Below, one piece after another: positions 1-10,362 of a DNA stretch of 64,000 nt. The first letter of the stretch is position 1. The number at the start of each line of letters is the position of its first letter. The notes below the pieces were generated by a model that saw only the letters and a list, made by a program, of their open reading frames with translations, did no database searches and was not told where the DNA came from. This DNA is from Thermoplasmata archaeon (GTDB lineage Archaea; Thermoplasmatota; Thermoplasmata; Lutacidiplasmatales; UBA184). Position numbers and translations under genes: made by a program. The stretch spans positions 54,145 to 118,144 of the forward strand of contig JAGWLG010000009.1 of assembly GCA_028864975.1 (NCBI GenBank), read 5' to 3'.

Positions 1-123
1 CCGGCCAACGCGCTCGAGATCGACGAGATGCTGGGGATAGGGCCTCCGCCGTGGAGCGGCAGGCTTGACCAACCGGCCATCCCCTCGGCGTCCACCGCTC
101 CGGCCTCCACGGACGCTCCCTGA
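1..123 (+). CDS. 3' end of a CDS running in from outside the window (product unknown)
   Basis: Open frame from base 1 (PANALEIDEMLGIGPPPW...) to TGA 121-123. Confidence 0.35.
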   Translation, partial: PANALEIDEMLGIGPPPWSGRLDQPAIPSASTAPASTDAP

Positions 124-290
124 AGGTCGTGGACACGCAGGGACGGGCGGCAACGCCAACCCTGCCCGCAAAGGACTTCGTTCGTCGTCCCCACGGTGCG
201 GTCGCTGCTCCGCCGGGCCAACGATGGGTCCCAGCAGGTCGGATGGGTCCCGGGCCTTCCGATGCGTGAAACGCCACGCGGAGGACCCGC

Positions 291-491
291 TCAGTGCTTG
301 CGGATGAGGTTCTTCGGGTGGACGTTGCCGCTCTTGGGCTTAGCCCACGCGTATCCGCGAAGACGGGCGGTGCTCCCGAACCCGCAGCGGGCGCAGGAGC
401 GCTTGCGCACGTGGTAGGAGTGATGGCCGCACCTCCGGCAGCGGATGTGGACGATCCGTCCACCGCTGCGGGATGGTGTTCCCTTACCCAT
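291..491 (-). CDS. rpl37e: 50S ribosomal protein L37e
   Basis: MGKGTPS start, CRRCG...CARCGFG zinc finger, conserved position next to lsm. Confidence 0.95.
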   Translation of the reverse strand: MGKGTPSRSGGRIVHIRCRRCGHHSYHVRKRSCARCGFGSTARLRGYAWAKPKSGNVHPKNLIRKH

Positions 492-515
492 CGGACCTCT
501 TCTCCTGGGGCCCCC

Positions 516-728
516 CTAGGGGGCAACGTACAGAACGCTGTCGCCCCTGAAGAGCGCGGTCCCACAGGGCTTGGTCGTGCCGTTCTCCAGCACCTCGACG
601 GTGTCGTTCAGGACGAGGTTCATGTGCTGGTCGAACCCGTCCAGGACCCCACGGTAGGTCTTCCCGCCCTTGACCTCGACCAGGACCGACTGGCGGAGGT
701 ACTTTTGGAAGACCTCGATGGGCTTCAT
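516..728 (-). CDS. lsm: Sm-like (Lsm) RNA-binding protein
   Basis: Sm1/Sm2 motifs GVLDGFDQHMNLVL and LFRGDSVLYV; start placed at ATG 728. Confidence 0.93.
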   Translation of the reverse strand: MKPIEVFQKYLRQSVLVEVKGGKTYRGVLDGFDQHMNLVLNDTVEVLENGTTKPCGTALFRGDSVLYVAP

Positions 729-765
729 GGGGGTGCGGGGCACCTGCGGGACCGTTCTTAACGTT

Positions 766-1128
766 TCACGCCGAGGGCGCGGGAAGCCGGACCAGGGGCC
801 GACCACAACGGGGACAGAGCGAGGTACTCTTCTCCTCTCGCCACCCACAGGCGGTGCACAGCCACTTCCCCGGATAGGCCCTTGGCCTCCTCCACCAGGG
901 GAGGGGCGCTTCGGACGGGAGGGGCGCCCCGGGTCGGACCAGGGCGCGGCTCCAGCGCCCTTCGTCCCAGAAGAGCACCAGGCCAAGAGCGAGGATCGCC
1001 CCCCCAGCGGCAAGGTACCTCCAACCGCTTCCCGCCGCTCCCAGGGTGGTCAGGAGGGCCCCCAGCAGGACGAGGAGGTTGGCCGCCGGCAAGCGGACCA
1101 TCTTGCGTAGGACCGGGGACGGTGCCAA
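766..1128 (-). CDS. Small membrane protein with C-terminal zinc ribbon
   Basis: Two hydrophobic helices then CTACG...CPRCG. Confidence 0.6.
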   Translation of the reverse strand: MAPSPVLRKMVRLPAANLLVLLGALLTTLGAAGSGWRYLAAGGAILALGLVLFWDEGRWSRALVRPGAPLPSEAPLPWWRRPRAYPGKWLCTACGWREEKSTSLCPRCGRPLVRLPAPSA

Positions 1129-1210
1129 GGCGACCTGCTTTCCCCCTCACGGCCAAGGGGAGGGACGGGAACGTCCGCGTGTAAATAGCCAGGACGAGTG
1201 GTCGGTAGCC

Positions 1211-2158
1211 ATGACGAGGTCCCGCGCGCGGAGCGCTTCAGGGAAGGCCCCGGAGAAGATGGCCGCCTCCCCGAACCCTCGAACGGTCCGCACCCTCCGC
1301 TTGGGGCACGGACGCGTCCTTCCGATCGGGGCCAGGACGCTCGTCATGGGCGTTGTCAACGCCACCCCCGACTCGTTCTTCGATGGCGGACGCTTCGCGA
1401 CGGTCCCGGCGGCCGTCGACCACGCCCTGAGGTTGGTGTCCGAGGGAGCTGACCTCGTCGACGTCGGAGGGGAGTCGACCCGCCCAGGGGCGAGGGAGGT
1501 CTCTGCCGCCGAGGAGCTCTGTCGGGTCGTTCCCGTCCTCGAGTCCCTTCGAGGACGCGTCAAGGTCCCGATCTCCATCGACACCCGAAAGCCCCAGGTC
1601 GCAGAAGCGGCGATCCGGGCCGGTGCGGACCTCGTGAACGATGTCGAAGGCCTGGGATCTCCAGCGATGCGAGAGGTCGTGCGACGCGAAGGCGTTGCGG
1701 CCGTCATCATGCACATGCGGGGTGCTCCAAAGGACATGCAGCAAGATACCCGCTACGACGACGTCGTAGGGGAAGTGCGCGACTTCCTCCGGCAGCAAGC
1801 CCTCGCCGCCGAACACATGGGGATCCCTCATGACCAGCTCGTTATCGATCCCGGGATCGGGTTCGGGAAGTCGGTCGAAGGGAACCTGGAGCTCCTGCGG
1901 AGCCTCCCGGAACTGCGATCGTTGGGCTATCCCCTGATGGTCGGCGCATCGAGGAAGTCGTTCCTAGGGGCACTGCTCGGCGGAGTCCCCACCGAGCAAC
2001 GCTTGGGGGCTTCCGTCGCCGCGGCCCTCGCCGCCAGCCTCGGAGGGGCCGACATCGTTCGCGTCCACGACGTGGCCCCGACGGTGGAAGCGCTCAAGGT
2101 CGCCGACGCGGTCCGCTCGGGCGCGTCGCGGGGTCGGCCCGTTCCGTCGGACCCCTAG
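1211..2158 (+). CDS. folP: Dihydropteroate synthase
   Basis: MGVVNATPDSFFDGG, DVGGESTRPG, IDPGIGFGK, GASRKSF, IVRVHDV; TATA-like GTAAATAG at 1181-1188 supports ATG 1211. Confidence 0.95.
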   Translation: MTRSRARSASGKAPEKMAASPNPRTVRTLRLGHGRVLPIGARTLVMGVVNATPDSFFDGGRFATVPAAVDHALRLVSEGADLVDVGGESTRPGAREVSAAEELCRVVPVLESLRGRVKVPISIDTRKPQVAEAAIRAGADLVNDVEGLGSPAMREVVRREGVAAVIMHMRGAPKDMQQDTRYDDVVGEVRDFLRQQALAAEHMGIPHDQLVIDPGIGFGKSVEGNLELLRSLPELRSLGYPLMVGASRKSFLGALLGGVPTEQRLGASVAAALAASLGGADIVRVHDVAPTVEALKVADAVRSGASRGRPVPSDP

Positions 2159-2625
2159 GCGCCTCGGGACCGCCGCGCGCGTCGGGCCCTGCGCGGCCCC
2201 TCGGGTCTCGGCAGGGCCGCAGCGTCCTCTCGCTCGACAGCGACCTCGGTCAGCTCGCTGGGCTCCTCAGGGGCAGGCACCGGAGCTTGAGAGGTGCCAG
2301 CCTTCCTTTGGACCTCTCCCAGCTCGAGCAACATCGAGTTCGTCGCCTCCTGGAGGGCGAAGAGGAACGCGCGCTCGGCCTCCTTGACGGAAGCAAGCAC
2401 CCTCGGGTCCCGGGGGCCCCGACGCAGGCCCTCCTCCGCGGCCTTCCGAAAGGCGGAGACGGCGTGGAGGCCGGACATGAGCGTCGAGGGGTTCAGAAGG
2501 GCCGCGAGGAGGAGCTTCGCATGCCGGTCCAGCTCCCCCTGGATGAACGTCGGCTCGGGGAGCCACTTTCGGATCTTCTCGCGCGCGGCCGTCGCTTGAG
2601 GTTTCGCTTGGGACCTACGAGGCAT
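2155..2625 (-). CDS. Hypothetical helical protein, overlaps the ArsA-family gene end
   Basis: 156-aa ORF with normal composition, 11-nt overlap with upstream gene. Confidence 0.65.
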   Translation of the reverse strand: MPRRSQAKPQATAAREKIRKWLPEPTFIQGELDRHAKLLLAALLNPSTLMSGLHAVSAFRKAAEEGLRRGPRDPRVLASVKEAERAFLFALQEATNSMLLELGEVQRKAGTSQAPVPAPEEPSELTEVAVEREDAAALPRPEGPRRARRARRSRGA

Positions 2626-3805
2626 GTTGGGGGACCTCCTTGGAAGGTAGGAACTCGATGAGGAGGGACCCCCCCGAGAAGACGGCCTTCCCGAGCTTGG
2701 CCCCGATGTACGCGTAGGGCAGGAGCAACGTCCGCCGGTACCATCCCACCTTGACGTAGAGCGTGTCGCCGCGCGAGGAGACCTCGAGCGCCTCCTCCCC
2801 CGCGAACGGGAGCTCGATCTTCACGTACTTCTTCCCCGATCGGGAGAAGAAGCGGACCGGCTGGGCCCGCGCGAAGATCCTCGTCGGGTCCTCCGCGTCG
2901 AACACGTCCGTGCCGAGGCGGCGAAGCCGCTCCAGGCCCAGGACCTCATGGGGATAGCGGGGCGAGCGCCGCATCGGGACGCCACCGAAGTACTCCTCGA
3001 TGAGACCCAGGTTCGCTTTCTGCTCCGCGAGTGCCTGCTCGAAGAACTTCCCGTCCAGCTGGTCCGAGAAGACCCGGTTCACGACGAGCATCTCGATCGG
3101 CAGACCGAAGAGGCAGAGGTAGGTGTAGGCCCGCTGGGTCTCGGTGATGACCATCCGCTCGGGATTGAGCACGAGACGGACAGAGGTCCGGTCCGGGTCA
3201 GAGAGCATGTTGCGCACCCGACGGAAGCGCAGGTAGAGGTCCTCCAGCGATTCGAAGAACCGGTCCGAGGGCAGCGGGGTGCGCATGAGGCGCCCCACCG
3301 TGGGTCGGGCGACCTTCATCATCCTCTTCTCGAGCTTGAAGAACCGGTCGAAGTACCACTGGACGGCGTCCGGGAAGGAGAGGAGCCGAAGCGTGTCGGC
3401 CGTCGGAGCGGTGTCGACGATGGCGACGTCCCAGGACTTCTCCCTCTCGTACCGCTCGAGGAGGAGCAGAGCGGCGATGAGCTCCATGCCGGGGATCACC
3501 ACGACCTCCTTGGCCGTGATCTCCTCGACCCCCTGGGACTGGAGCAGGGCGGTGAGGTAGTTCGAGATCTCGGCCCAATGGCGTTCCATCTCGGCCAGGA
3601 CGTCGATCTCCTGTCCCCACAGTCGGTCGGTCACCTTCGTGGGGTCGCGCCCGAGCGATACCTGGAGCGAGTCCCCGAGCGAGTGCGCGCTATCGGTCGA
3701 CATGACGAGCGTGCGGTGGCCATGGGCGGCGGAGGCGAGCGCCGTGGCGGCCGCGAGGCTCGTCTTCCCCACGCCGCCCTTCCCCGTGTAGATGATGGTC
3801 CTCAC
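2615..3805 (-). CDS. ArsA/Get3-family ATPase with C-terminal HSP20-like domain
   Basis: GKGGVGKT Walker A, STDSAHSLGD switch I, DTAPT switch II, beta-rich C-terminus (YVKIELPF...YVKVGWYRRTLLLP). Confidence 0.92.
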   Translation of the reverse strand: MRTIIYTGKGGVGKTSLAAATALASAAHGHRTLVMSTDSAHSLGDSLQVSLGRDPTKVTDRLWGQEIDVLAEMERHWAEISNYLTALLQSQGVEEITAKEVVVIPGMELIAALLLLERYEREKSWDVAIVDTAPTADTLRLLSFPDAVQWYFDRFFKLEKRMMKVARPTVGRLMRTPLPSDRFFESLEDLYLRFRRVRNMLSDPDRTSVRLVLNPERMVITETQRAYTYLCLFGLPIEMLVVNRVFSDQLDGKFFEQALAEQKANLGLIEEYFGGVPMRRSPRYPHEVLGLERLRRLGTDVFDAEDPTRIFARAQPVRFFSRSGKKYVKIELPFAGEEALEVSSRGDTLYVKVGWYRRTLLLPYAYIGAKLGKAVFSGGSLLIEFLPSKEVPQHAS

Positions 3806-4002
3806 GGCGCCTCCTCGTCTCCTTCGAGCGTATCCGCCTCGTTCCTCGCGTCCTTCTCCAGAACGAGGGCCCCCTCATAGCCGCAGCGGCGGCAGCGATA
3901 ACGGGTCCCCCCGAAGAGCAACGGGTCGCGGTCGACCTCTGGCGAGAGACACTTGGGGCAGAGGAGGATGGACGGTCCTCGGGGCCGTCGGCGGACCGGC
4001 AC
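3802..4002 (-). CDS. Small zinc-finger protein
   Basis: CPKC...CRRCGYEG; stop overlaps the ArsA GTG; start at GTG 4002 inferred. Confidence 0.65.
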   Translation of the reverse strand: MPVRRRPRGPSILLCPKCLSPEVDRDPLLFGGTRYRCRRCGYEGALVLEKDARNEADTLEGDEEAP

Positions 4003-4027
4003 GTTCTTCCCTCCGAGGGTGAAGGGC

Positions 4028-6640
4028 CTACGGCTCCTCGTCCTTCTCCGAAGGGGGGTTCGGGGGGGAGCCCTCCCCTTCGCTCTCCAGGGCGGGAGGG
4101 GGCGGTGAGGGTGGCGGGGGGGCCGAGCCTTCCGCAAGCGTAGTGGCAACCTGCTCCGGCGCCGACGCTTCCCCGGGGGCGACGAGCCGAACGGCGGCCT
4201 TGACCTCATCCCCCTCCTCGATGCGGATGATGATGACGCCGAGGGTGTTGCGCCCCTGCTCCCGGATCTGGCGGACAGGGCTACGGATCGTGATCCCTTT
4301 CTGGGTGGTAACGAGGATCTCGTCCTCTTCACGGACCGGGATGACGGCGACGACCTCCCCGTTGCGGCCGCCCGTCTTGATGCCGATGACCCCGCTCGCG
4401 CCCCGCTTCGTGAGGCGGTACTCCTCCACCGGCGTGCGCTTGCCGAAGCCCGTCGAGGTGAGGGTCAGGAGCGATGGGAACGTGGGGCTCACCGGGCTCA
4501 TCCCGACCACCTGGTCCTTCTCGCCCAGGCGGGCCCCGATGACGCCGTAGGTGGCCCTCCCCATGGGGCGCAGCTCGGTCTCCTTGAACCGGATGACCTG
4601 CCCTTCCTTGGTCGCGAGGAGGATCTCGCTATCGCCCTGGGTGAGCGCGACGTCCACGAGCTCGTCCCCTTCCTCCAGGAGGATGGCCTGGATCCCGCTC
4701 ACGCGGATGTTCTGGTAGAGGGTGAGCTCGGTCCGCTTCACGAGCCCCTTCGCCGTCGCGAAGACGAGGGTCCCGGGCCCCTCGAGCCCCCGGACCGCGA
4801 GCTCGGTCTGGATCTTCTCCCCTTGCTGGAGCCGCGGGAGGAGGTTGACGATCGCCTTCCCCTTGGCATGGCGTCCGAGCTCGGGGAGCTCGTAGGCCTT
4901 CAGTCGGTACACGCGGCCCTTGCTGGTGAAGAACAGGACGTCGTCGTGCGTCCGCGCGGCGAGCGCGCGCGTCACGAAGTCCTCCTCCTTCGTCTCCATC
5001 TGGACGAGGCCCTTGCCGCCGCGGCGCTGGCGGCGGTAGGAGTCGAGCGGCAGCCGCTTGATGTACCCGTCGTTCGAGATCAGCACGACGATGTCCGTGT
5101 CGGGGATCAGGTCCTCGAGCGAGTGCTCGGTGAACGCGGAGGTGAGCTGTGTCCTTCGCGCATCCCCGTACTTCTGTCGGATCTCCTCAAGCTCGTGGTC
5201 GACGACCTTGTCCAGGACGTGCGGGCGGGCAAGGATCTCCTCGAGCTCCTTGACGAGGTTCTTCTTCTCCTCGGACTCCTCCAGGATCGACTCGCGCTCG
5301 AGGGCGGTGAGCCGAGCGAGCCGCATGTCGAGGATCGCCTTGGCCTGCTCCTCGGAGAGGAGGAACTTGCCCATGAGCGAGGCCTGCGCGGTGGGGACAT
5401 CCTTCGAGCGGCGCAGGAGCTTCACGATCTCATCGATGTGGTCGATGGCCGTGAGGAACCCCTCGAGGATGTGCAGGCGTTCCTGCGCCTTTCTCAGGTC
5501 GTAGGTGCTCCGTCTTCGGACGATCTCGCGACGGTGGTCCAGGTGGAGCTGCAGGAGCTCCTTCAGCGGGAGGACGCGGGGTCGGCCGTCCACTAGGGCG
5601 AGGTTGATGATCCCGAAGGAGACCTGGAGCTTCGTGTGGGTGAAGAGCTGATTGAGGACGATCTCGCTCTGGGCGTCCCGTCTCAGCTCGAAGACGACGG
5701 AGATCCCGTCCTTGTCGCTCTCGTCCCGGAGGTCGGTGATGCCGTCGATCCGCTTGGACTTCACCAGCTCGGCCGTTTCCTGGAGGAGCTGGGACTTGTT
5801 GACCTCGTAGGGGATCTCCGTCACGACGATCTCGTTGCGGTCGTCGCGGACGCGCGACTCCGCCCGCGCCCGGATCTGGATGATGCCGCGCCCCGTCGTG
5901 TAGGCCTCCTTCAGGCCCTCCGTGGAGACGATCCCACCCGTGGGGAAGTCGGGGGCGGGGACGAACTTCATGATCTCCTCGAGCGGGAGGTTCGGGTCGG
6001 CGAGCAGCGCGCGCAGCGCGTCGACGACCTCGCCCAGGTTGTGGGGGGGCATGTTCGTCGCCATCCCCACGGCGATGCCGCTCGCCCCGTTCACGAGAAG
6101 GTTCGGGAGCTTCGAGGGGAGCATCCGCGGCTCCTTGAGGCTCCCGTCGAAGTTGTCGGTCCATTCGACCGTCTCCTTCTCGATGTCCTGGAGCATCTCT
6201 TCCGCGAGCGCGCCCAGGCGGGCCTCGGTGTACCGCATCGCGGCGGGGGTGTCCCCATCGATGGAACCGAAGTTCCCCTGCCCTTCGATGAGCGGGTAGC
6301 GGAGCGAGAAAGGCTGGGCCATCCGGACCAGCGCATCGTAGACGCTCATGTCGCCGTGCGGATGGTACTTCCCCAGCACGTCCCCCACCGTGCGCGCGGA
6401 CTTGCGGAACGGCTTGTCGTGGGTCGCCCCAGATTCCCACATCGACCACAGGATGCGCACCTGGACCGGTTTCAGACCGTCGCGGACGTTCGGGAGCGCG
6501 CGTCCGACGATGACGCTCATCGCGTAGTCGATGTAGGAGCGGTGCATCTCCCGCTCCAGGGGTTGCAGCCGGACCCGGCTCCCCTCAGGATGGGCCTCCG
6601 CGGGGGGAGGTGGAGGGGGCGACGCCGGGGCTTCCGCCAT
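4028..6640 (-). CDS. gyrA: DNA gyrase subunit A
   Basis: [29 protein letters not shown] catalytic Tyr, GyrA-box QRRGGKG, beta-pinwheel repeats; start at ATG 6640. Confidence 0.97.
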   Translation of the reverse strand: MAEAPASPPPPPPAEAHPEGSRVRLQPLEREMHRSYIDYAMSVIVGRALPNVRDGLKPVQVRILWSMWESGATHDKPFRKSARTVGDVLGKYHPHGDMSVYDALVRMAQPFSLRYPLIEGQGNFGSIDGDTPAAMRYTEARLGALAEEMLQDIEKETVEWTDNFDGSLKEPRMLPSKLPNLLVNGASGIAVGMATNMPPHNLGEVVDALRALLADPNLPLEEIMKFVPAPDFPTGGIVSTEGLKEAYTTGRGIIQIRARAESRVRDDRNEIVVTEIPYEVNKSQLLQETAELVKSKRIDGITDLRDESDKDGISVVFELRRDAQSEIVLNQLFTHTKLQVSFGIINLALVDGRPRVLPLKELLQLHLDHRREIVRRRSTYDLRKAQERLHILEGFLTAIDHIDEIVKLLRRSKDVPTAQASLMGKFLLSEEQAKAILDMRLARLTALERESILEESEEKKNLVKELEEILARPHVLDKVVDHELEEIRQKYGDARRTQLTSAFTEHSLEDLIPDTDIVVLISNDGYIKRLPLDSYRRQRRGGKGLVQMETKEEDFVTRALAARTHDDVLFFTSKGRVYRLKAYELPELGRHAKGKAIVNLLPRLQQGEKIQTELAVRGLEGPGTLVFATAKGLVKRTELTLYQNIRVSGIQAILLEEGDELVDVALTQGDSEILLATKEGQVIRFKETELRPMGRATYGVIGARLGEKDQVVGMSPVSPTFPSLLTLTSTGFGKRTPVEEYRLTKRGASGVIGIKTGGRNGEVVAVIPVREEDEILVTTQKGITIRSPVRQIREQGRNTLGVIIIRIEEGDEVKAAVRLVAPGEASAPEQVATTLAEGSAPPPPSPPPPALESEGEGSPPNPPSEKDEEP

Positions 6641-6693
6641 GATGCACCGAGGGTGTTCCGAGGCTCGCGTCCCGAGGATAAGGGCGTTGCGCC

Positions 6694-8115
6694 TCAACCC
6701 GAAGAGGGTACCGCGGTGCTCTCGGCGGAGGGGGGGGCATGGAGCCCTCCGATCTGACCTTCCACGATCCTTCCGGCCTCGCGCAGGAAGTCCGCCTCGC
6801 GTCCCCGCGGGATGGTCGCCCCGCTCGCGACGGCGTGCCCTCCCCCTTCCCCCCCGACGGCGGCCGCAGCCTCGCGGCACGCCCGGTCGAGGTTCAGTCC
6901 CTGGCCCGTCAGCCAGAGCGTCCCGCGGGAGGAGACCTTGACCGCCTCCCCCTTCGGCGCCAGGGCGACGATGGGCCGCAGCGGGTCGGCAAAGTAGGCG
7001 AGCGCGAGCCCGGCGATGGTCCCGGCGAGGTCCGGCTTGGGCGCCTCGAACCACTGGAGGTGTGGCTCCCGGTGGAGCGCGCCCTTCTTCTCGAGGCGCT
7101 CGAGCCCTTCCAGGACCTCGCCCCGCCATCGAGCCTCGAGCTCCCGTGCGCGCTGATGTGCCCCGGGGTCGCCCAGGGCGAGCGCGATGCCGAGGGAGGG
7201 CTCCCCCTCGCGCCCGCAGGCGTTCTGCCATCGGGACAGCTCGTTCGCTTCCCACCCTCCGTGAGGGAGCACGATCCGCTCCTCGCGCAGCCGTTCGCAG
7301 AACTCCGGGCGCGCCCCTTGCGTGAGAAGCTGGGACAGGAGCGCGCTCGCGAGCCGGCGCCCCTCCTCCTCCCCCAGCGAGCCCACAGGGGCGGTGGGGG
7401 GAAGCCCCAACGAGGAGAGCAGCGTGCGTGCCGAGGCGATCCTTCCCGAGATCCCGACGAAATAGGGGTCCAGGCTGGACGCGAGCGCCTCCTCGAGCGA
7501 AGGACCGACCAGGTTGAGCGAGGACCGGCGGGTGAGCGCTCCCCGGGCCTGAGCCTCCTCGATCAGCTTGCGGTTCAATCCCTGGAACCCTCCGACGTGC
7601 ATGCGGTCGGCGATGGCGCCGGAGAGCCCGAAGGCGAGGAGGTCGAAGGCGCCCGGAAGCAGCTCGCGGGCGAAGAGGTAGGTGAGCATGCTCGCCGAGA
7701 GCTCGGTCATGCCGTCGACTCCCCAATGGTGGGGGTTGACGAAGGCGAGCGATCTCGCGGTCGGGGTCACCCCAGGAGGGACATGGTGGTCGAGCACGAT
7801 CACCGGGCGGTCGTGCGCGGCGAAGAGGTCGAGGAAGCTCGACCCGGTGTCCACGACCAGGAGCGGGCCCCGGGTCGCTCGCAGGACGCGATCGACCCCC
7901 GCTTGTTCCACGCCCAGCAAGGGGGAGAGCTGCCAGGAGCGCCCCAGTCGCGACAGGGTGAGGGCGGCCACGCTCGCCGAGGCGATTCCGTCGCCGTCGT
8001 TGTGGTAGAGGACCCGCCAGCGGCCGGGCGAGGAAGCGAAGAGGTCGGCCGCCGCGCGGAGCTCTCGCGAGGCGTTGGGGTCCGCGACCAGTCCCTCCAG
8101 GGACGGACCGCTCAT
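6694..8115 (-). CDS. RecJ/Cdc45-like DHH phosphoesterase
   Basis: HNDGDG, VVDTG, LDHH, IADR motifs and DHHA1 [10 protein letters not shown]; ATGA overlap with rps15. Confidence 0.9.
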   Translation of the reverse strand: MSGPSLEGLVADPNASRELRAAADLFASSPGRWRVLYHNDGDGIASASVAALTLSRLGRSWQLSPLLGVEQAGVDRVLRATRGPLLVVDTGSSFLDLFAAHDRPVIVLDHHVPPGVTPTARSLAFVNPHHWGVDGMTELSASMLTYLFARELLPGAFDLLAFGLSGAIADRMHVGGFQGLNRKLIEEAQARGALTRRSSLNLVGPSLEEALASSLDPYFVGISGRIASARTLLSSLGLPPTAPVGSLGEEEGRRLASALLSQLLTQGARPEFCERLREERIVLPHGGWEANELSRWQNACGREGEPSLGIALALGDPGAHQRARELEARWRGEVLEGLERLEKKGALHREPHLQWFEAPKPDLAGTIAGLALAYFADPLRPIVALAPKGEAVKVSSRGTLWLTGQGLNLDRACREAAAAVGGEGGGHAVASGATIPRGREADFLREAGRIVEGQIGGLHAPPSAESTAVPSSG

Positions 8116-8567
8116 TGGACCATGAGGGCCGCGGTCTCGCTGCTGTAGCGCCACTCGGCGGGCAGTCGGCCGCGCTTACGGTAGTAGCGCGAGAGACGGC
8201 GGATCTTCGATTCGATGAGGTTCAGTCCCCGTCGGTTGGACAGGTCCTTCGGATGGTGTTCCAGGTGCTGCTGGAGGTGGACCACCCGCTTGAGCAGCGC
8301 CGAAAGGTCCTCGGGCAGCGTGGGCTTCGTTCCCTTCTCCTCAAGGAAGGCGGTCAGCCGCTTTCCCGTGAGAAGTCGCGTGGAAGGGACCCCGTAAGTG
8401 TCGCGCAGCGACAGCCCGATCTGGGACGGGGTCGTGCCGGCCTTCGCGAGCCGCAGGACCTCTTCCTCGACCTCGTCCTTGTCCAGCGGGACCCACGACG
8501 GGAGCGCCACCGGGAAGGGCCTACGGCTAGAGGCCTTGCCGCGATGCGAGGAATGGAGCCGGCTCAT
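8112..8567 (-). CDS. rps15: 30S ribosomal protein S15 (S15P/S13e)
   Basis: MSRLHS..., [24 protein letters not shown]. Confidence 0.97.
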   Translation of the reverse strand: MSRLHSSHRGKASSRRPFPVALPSWVPLDKDEVEEEVLRLAKAGTTPSQIGLSLRDTYGVPSTRLLTGKRLTAFLEEKGTKPTLPEDLSALLKRVVHLQQHLEHHPKDLSNRRGLNLIESKIRRLSRYYRKRGRLPAEWRYSSETAALMVQ

Positions 8568-8594
8568 GGGGGGGAGCGGCGAACCTGGGTTCGC

Positions 8595-8601
8595 TATTTA
8601 A
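8595..8601 (-). promoter_or_regulatory. Archaeal TATA box for the rps15 operon
   Basis: TTAAATA on the minus strand ~28 nt upstream of the rps15 ATG. Confidence 0.65.
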
Positions 8602-8618
8602 GGACGAAGGGGGCGAAG

Positions 8619-9026
8619 TCACTTCACCCGTTGGCCCTGGGCCGAGAGCCGTTGGGAGTCCTCGAGGAACTTCGCGAGGAACAGCTTCCCCTCCCCGTTG
8701 ATCCGGTAGTGAGGGCCGAAGTCCCGCTGACGCGTCCAGGACCGGACCGTACCTCCGACGTGGTCGACCATGCGGTTCCGCACCAACAGGCCGACGATGA
8801 CGGGGACCTTGACCCCCGCCTTCTGGACCGACCAATGCTCGAGGGTCATCGTCGAGATCTCGTCCAGCTCGAGCCCCTTCTCGCGCTCGTCGTGGAAGCT
8901 CTCCGCTTGGTTGAGCAGTCGTAGGACCTCCACCAGGGCGGCGCGGGTGGGGTCGGCGGGCTCCCCACGGGGGGGCGTGACCTTCGCCGAGGCGCTTGGG
9001 ACCGACGGACGCGACGGCGTGGGCAC
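8619..9026 (-). CDS. Hypothetical protein, possibly winged-helix
   Basis: Globular-looking C-terminal ~100 aa ending PHYRINGEGKLFL; start at GTG 9026 inferred. Confidence 0.55.
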   Translation of the reverse strand: MPTPSRPSVPSASAKVTPPRGEPADPTRAALVEVLRLLNQAESFHDEREKGLELDEISTMTLEHWSVQKAGVKVPVIVGLLVRNRMVDHVGGTVRSWTRQRDFGPHYRINGEGKLFLAKFLEDSQRLSAQGQRVK

Positions 9027-9090
9027 GGCGGAAAAAAGGAGCGCGCCCTCATTATCATTGTGGGGCCCCCGCTCCCCCCCCGGGAGGCCC

Positions 9091-9753
9091 TCACCCCGGG
9101 GCACGAAGCACGAGGGCGAAGTGCCCCCGCGAGAACGGCGCAAGGTCGACCGTCTCGAGCAAGTCCAACCCTTCCTGCTGGAGGTGGCGGGTCGCATCCT
9201 TGAGGACCGCTCGTGGTGGTGCTGTCTGGGTCACGGACCGGGTCTTGAGCATCAGGAGACCCGTGCCATGCGGCTTGAGCGAAGCGCGGAGGTTCTCGAG
9301 GAAGATCTCCACCTGGCCGCGCTGGGAGACGTCCTGGTAGAGGTGGTCGACCTCCCCGCAGTCGGCCCTGTAGCGCTCGGGGAGCTGGACATCCGCCAGG
9401 ACCGGCAGGACGTTCTCACGTCGCTGGGAGAGCGCCAGGAGGGCACCGAAGGCGCGGGGGGACTTCTCGACGACGTGGACCGTTCCTCGGGGGAGGATGT
9501 CGGAGAGATGGCTCACCGTCGTCCCATGCCCCCCACCCAGGTAGAGGACCGACCGGACCCGCTCGTAGGGCCATTGCCGGCCCCCCTGCGCGACGAAGGC
9601 CCCGAGCTTGCTCCGCCAGGGGTCGATCCGCCGGTACTCGACCCCATCCTCGACGACAAGGTCCTCACCGTAGACCTTCTCTCCGGGGCGCAGGTTCACG
9701 GTGTAGAACCCGGGCCCCCGACGGAAGAGGCCCGGGCGAAGGAGCTCCTGCAT
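9091..9753 (-). CDS. flpA: Fibrillarin-like rRNA/tRNA 2'-O-methyltransferase
   Basis: VYGEDL, YRRIDPWRSKL, VLYLGGGHGTTVSHLSD, YQDVSQRGQ; start at ATG 9753. Confidence 0.93.
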   Translation of the reverse strand: MQELLRPGLFRRGPGFYTVNLRPGEKVYGEDLVVEDGVEYRRIDPWRSKLGAFVAQGGRQWPYERVRSVLYLGGGHGTTVSHLSDILPRGTVHVVEKSPRAFGALLALSQRRENVLPVLADVQLPERYRADCGEVDHLYQDVSQRGQVEIFLENLRASLKPHGTGLLMLKTRSVTQTAPPRAVLKDATRHLQQEGLDLLETVDLAPFSRGHFALVLRAPG

Positions 9754-9776
9754 GCTGAACGAAGCCTCCCCGGCCC

Positions 9777-10247
9777 TCAGGGCCGGACCGCGACCACCAT
9801 CTCCACTTCCACGGGGGTGTCCAGAGGCAGGCGAGCGGCGCCGATCGCGGCGCGAGCATGGCGGCCCGACTCGCCGAAGACCTCCACGAGGAGCTCCGAC
9901 GCTCCGTTCGCCACCTCGGGCTGGGCGGTGAACTGGGGAGCGCTCGCCACGAAGACCCCGACCCGGAGGATCCGCTCCACCCGGTCCAGGTTGCCCAGCA
10001 CGCTCCGCAAGGCCGAGAGCGAGTTCAAAGCCGCGAGCCGGGCCGCTTCCTTCGCTCGCTCGACGGTGACGTCCGATCCTACGAGGCCCTTCGCCAGGAG
10101 CTGCCCGTCCCGGAGCGGGAGCATGCCCGAGACCCACGCCTCCCCGCCGTGGACGACCACAGGTGCGTAGGCCCCCTTGGGCGCAGGAGGCGGAGGAAGC
10201 TCAATCTTCCGGAGACGCAAGGCCTCCTCCGCGCCGGTCGAGGTCAT
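9777..10247 (-). CDS. RidA (YjgF/YER057c/UK114) family protein
   Basis: GAYAPVV, WVSGMLP, VANGASELL, HARAAIGAARLPLDTPVEVE. Confidence 0.92.
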   Translation of the reverse strand: MTSTGAEEALRLRKIELPPPPAPKGAYAPVVVHGGEAWVSGMLPLRDGQLLAKGLVGSDVTVERAKEAARLAALNSLSALRSVLGNLDRVERILRVGVFVASAPQFTAQPEVANGASELLVEVFGESGRHARAAIGAARLPLDTPVEVEMVVAVRP

Positions 10248-10362
10248 CCTTCAGGGCGACCTAGGTCGGGGCATAAGCGTCGCTCCCGTTCCCCAAGAAG
10301 GCCCCCCCTTGCTTGCGCTCCGCCGGAAGCGATATGCCATACCTCGTCCATCCCGTTTCTCC

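Noticed and set aside
6641-7726. N-terminal extension of the 1232-aa gyrA ORF
   Set aside because: It is an alternate-frame shadow over the DHH gene; GyrA homology begins at about 6640.
9754-10137. Possible Nop5-fibrillarin fusion in the long 9091-10137 ORF
   Set aside because: The upstream part is an off-frame read of the RidA gene with no Nop motifs.
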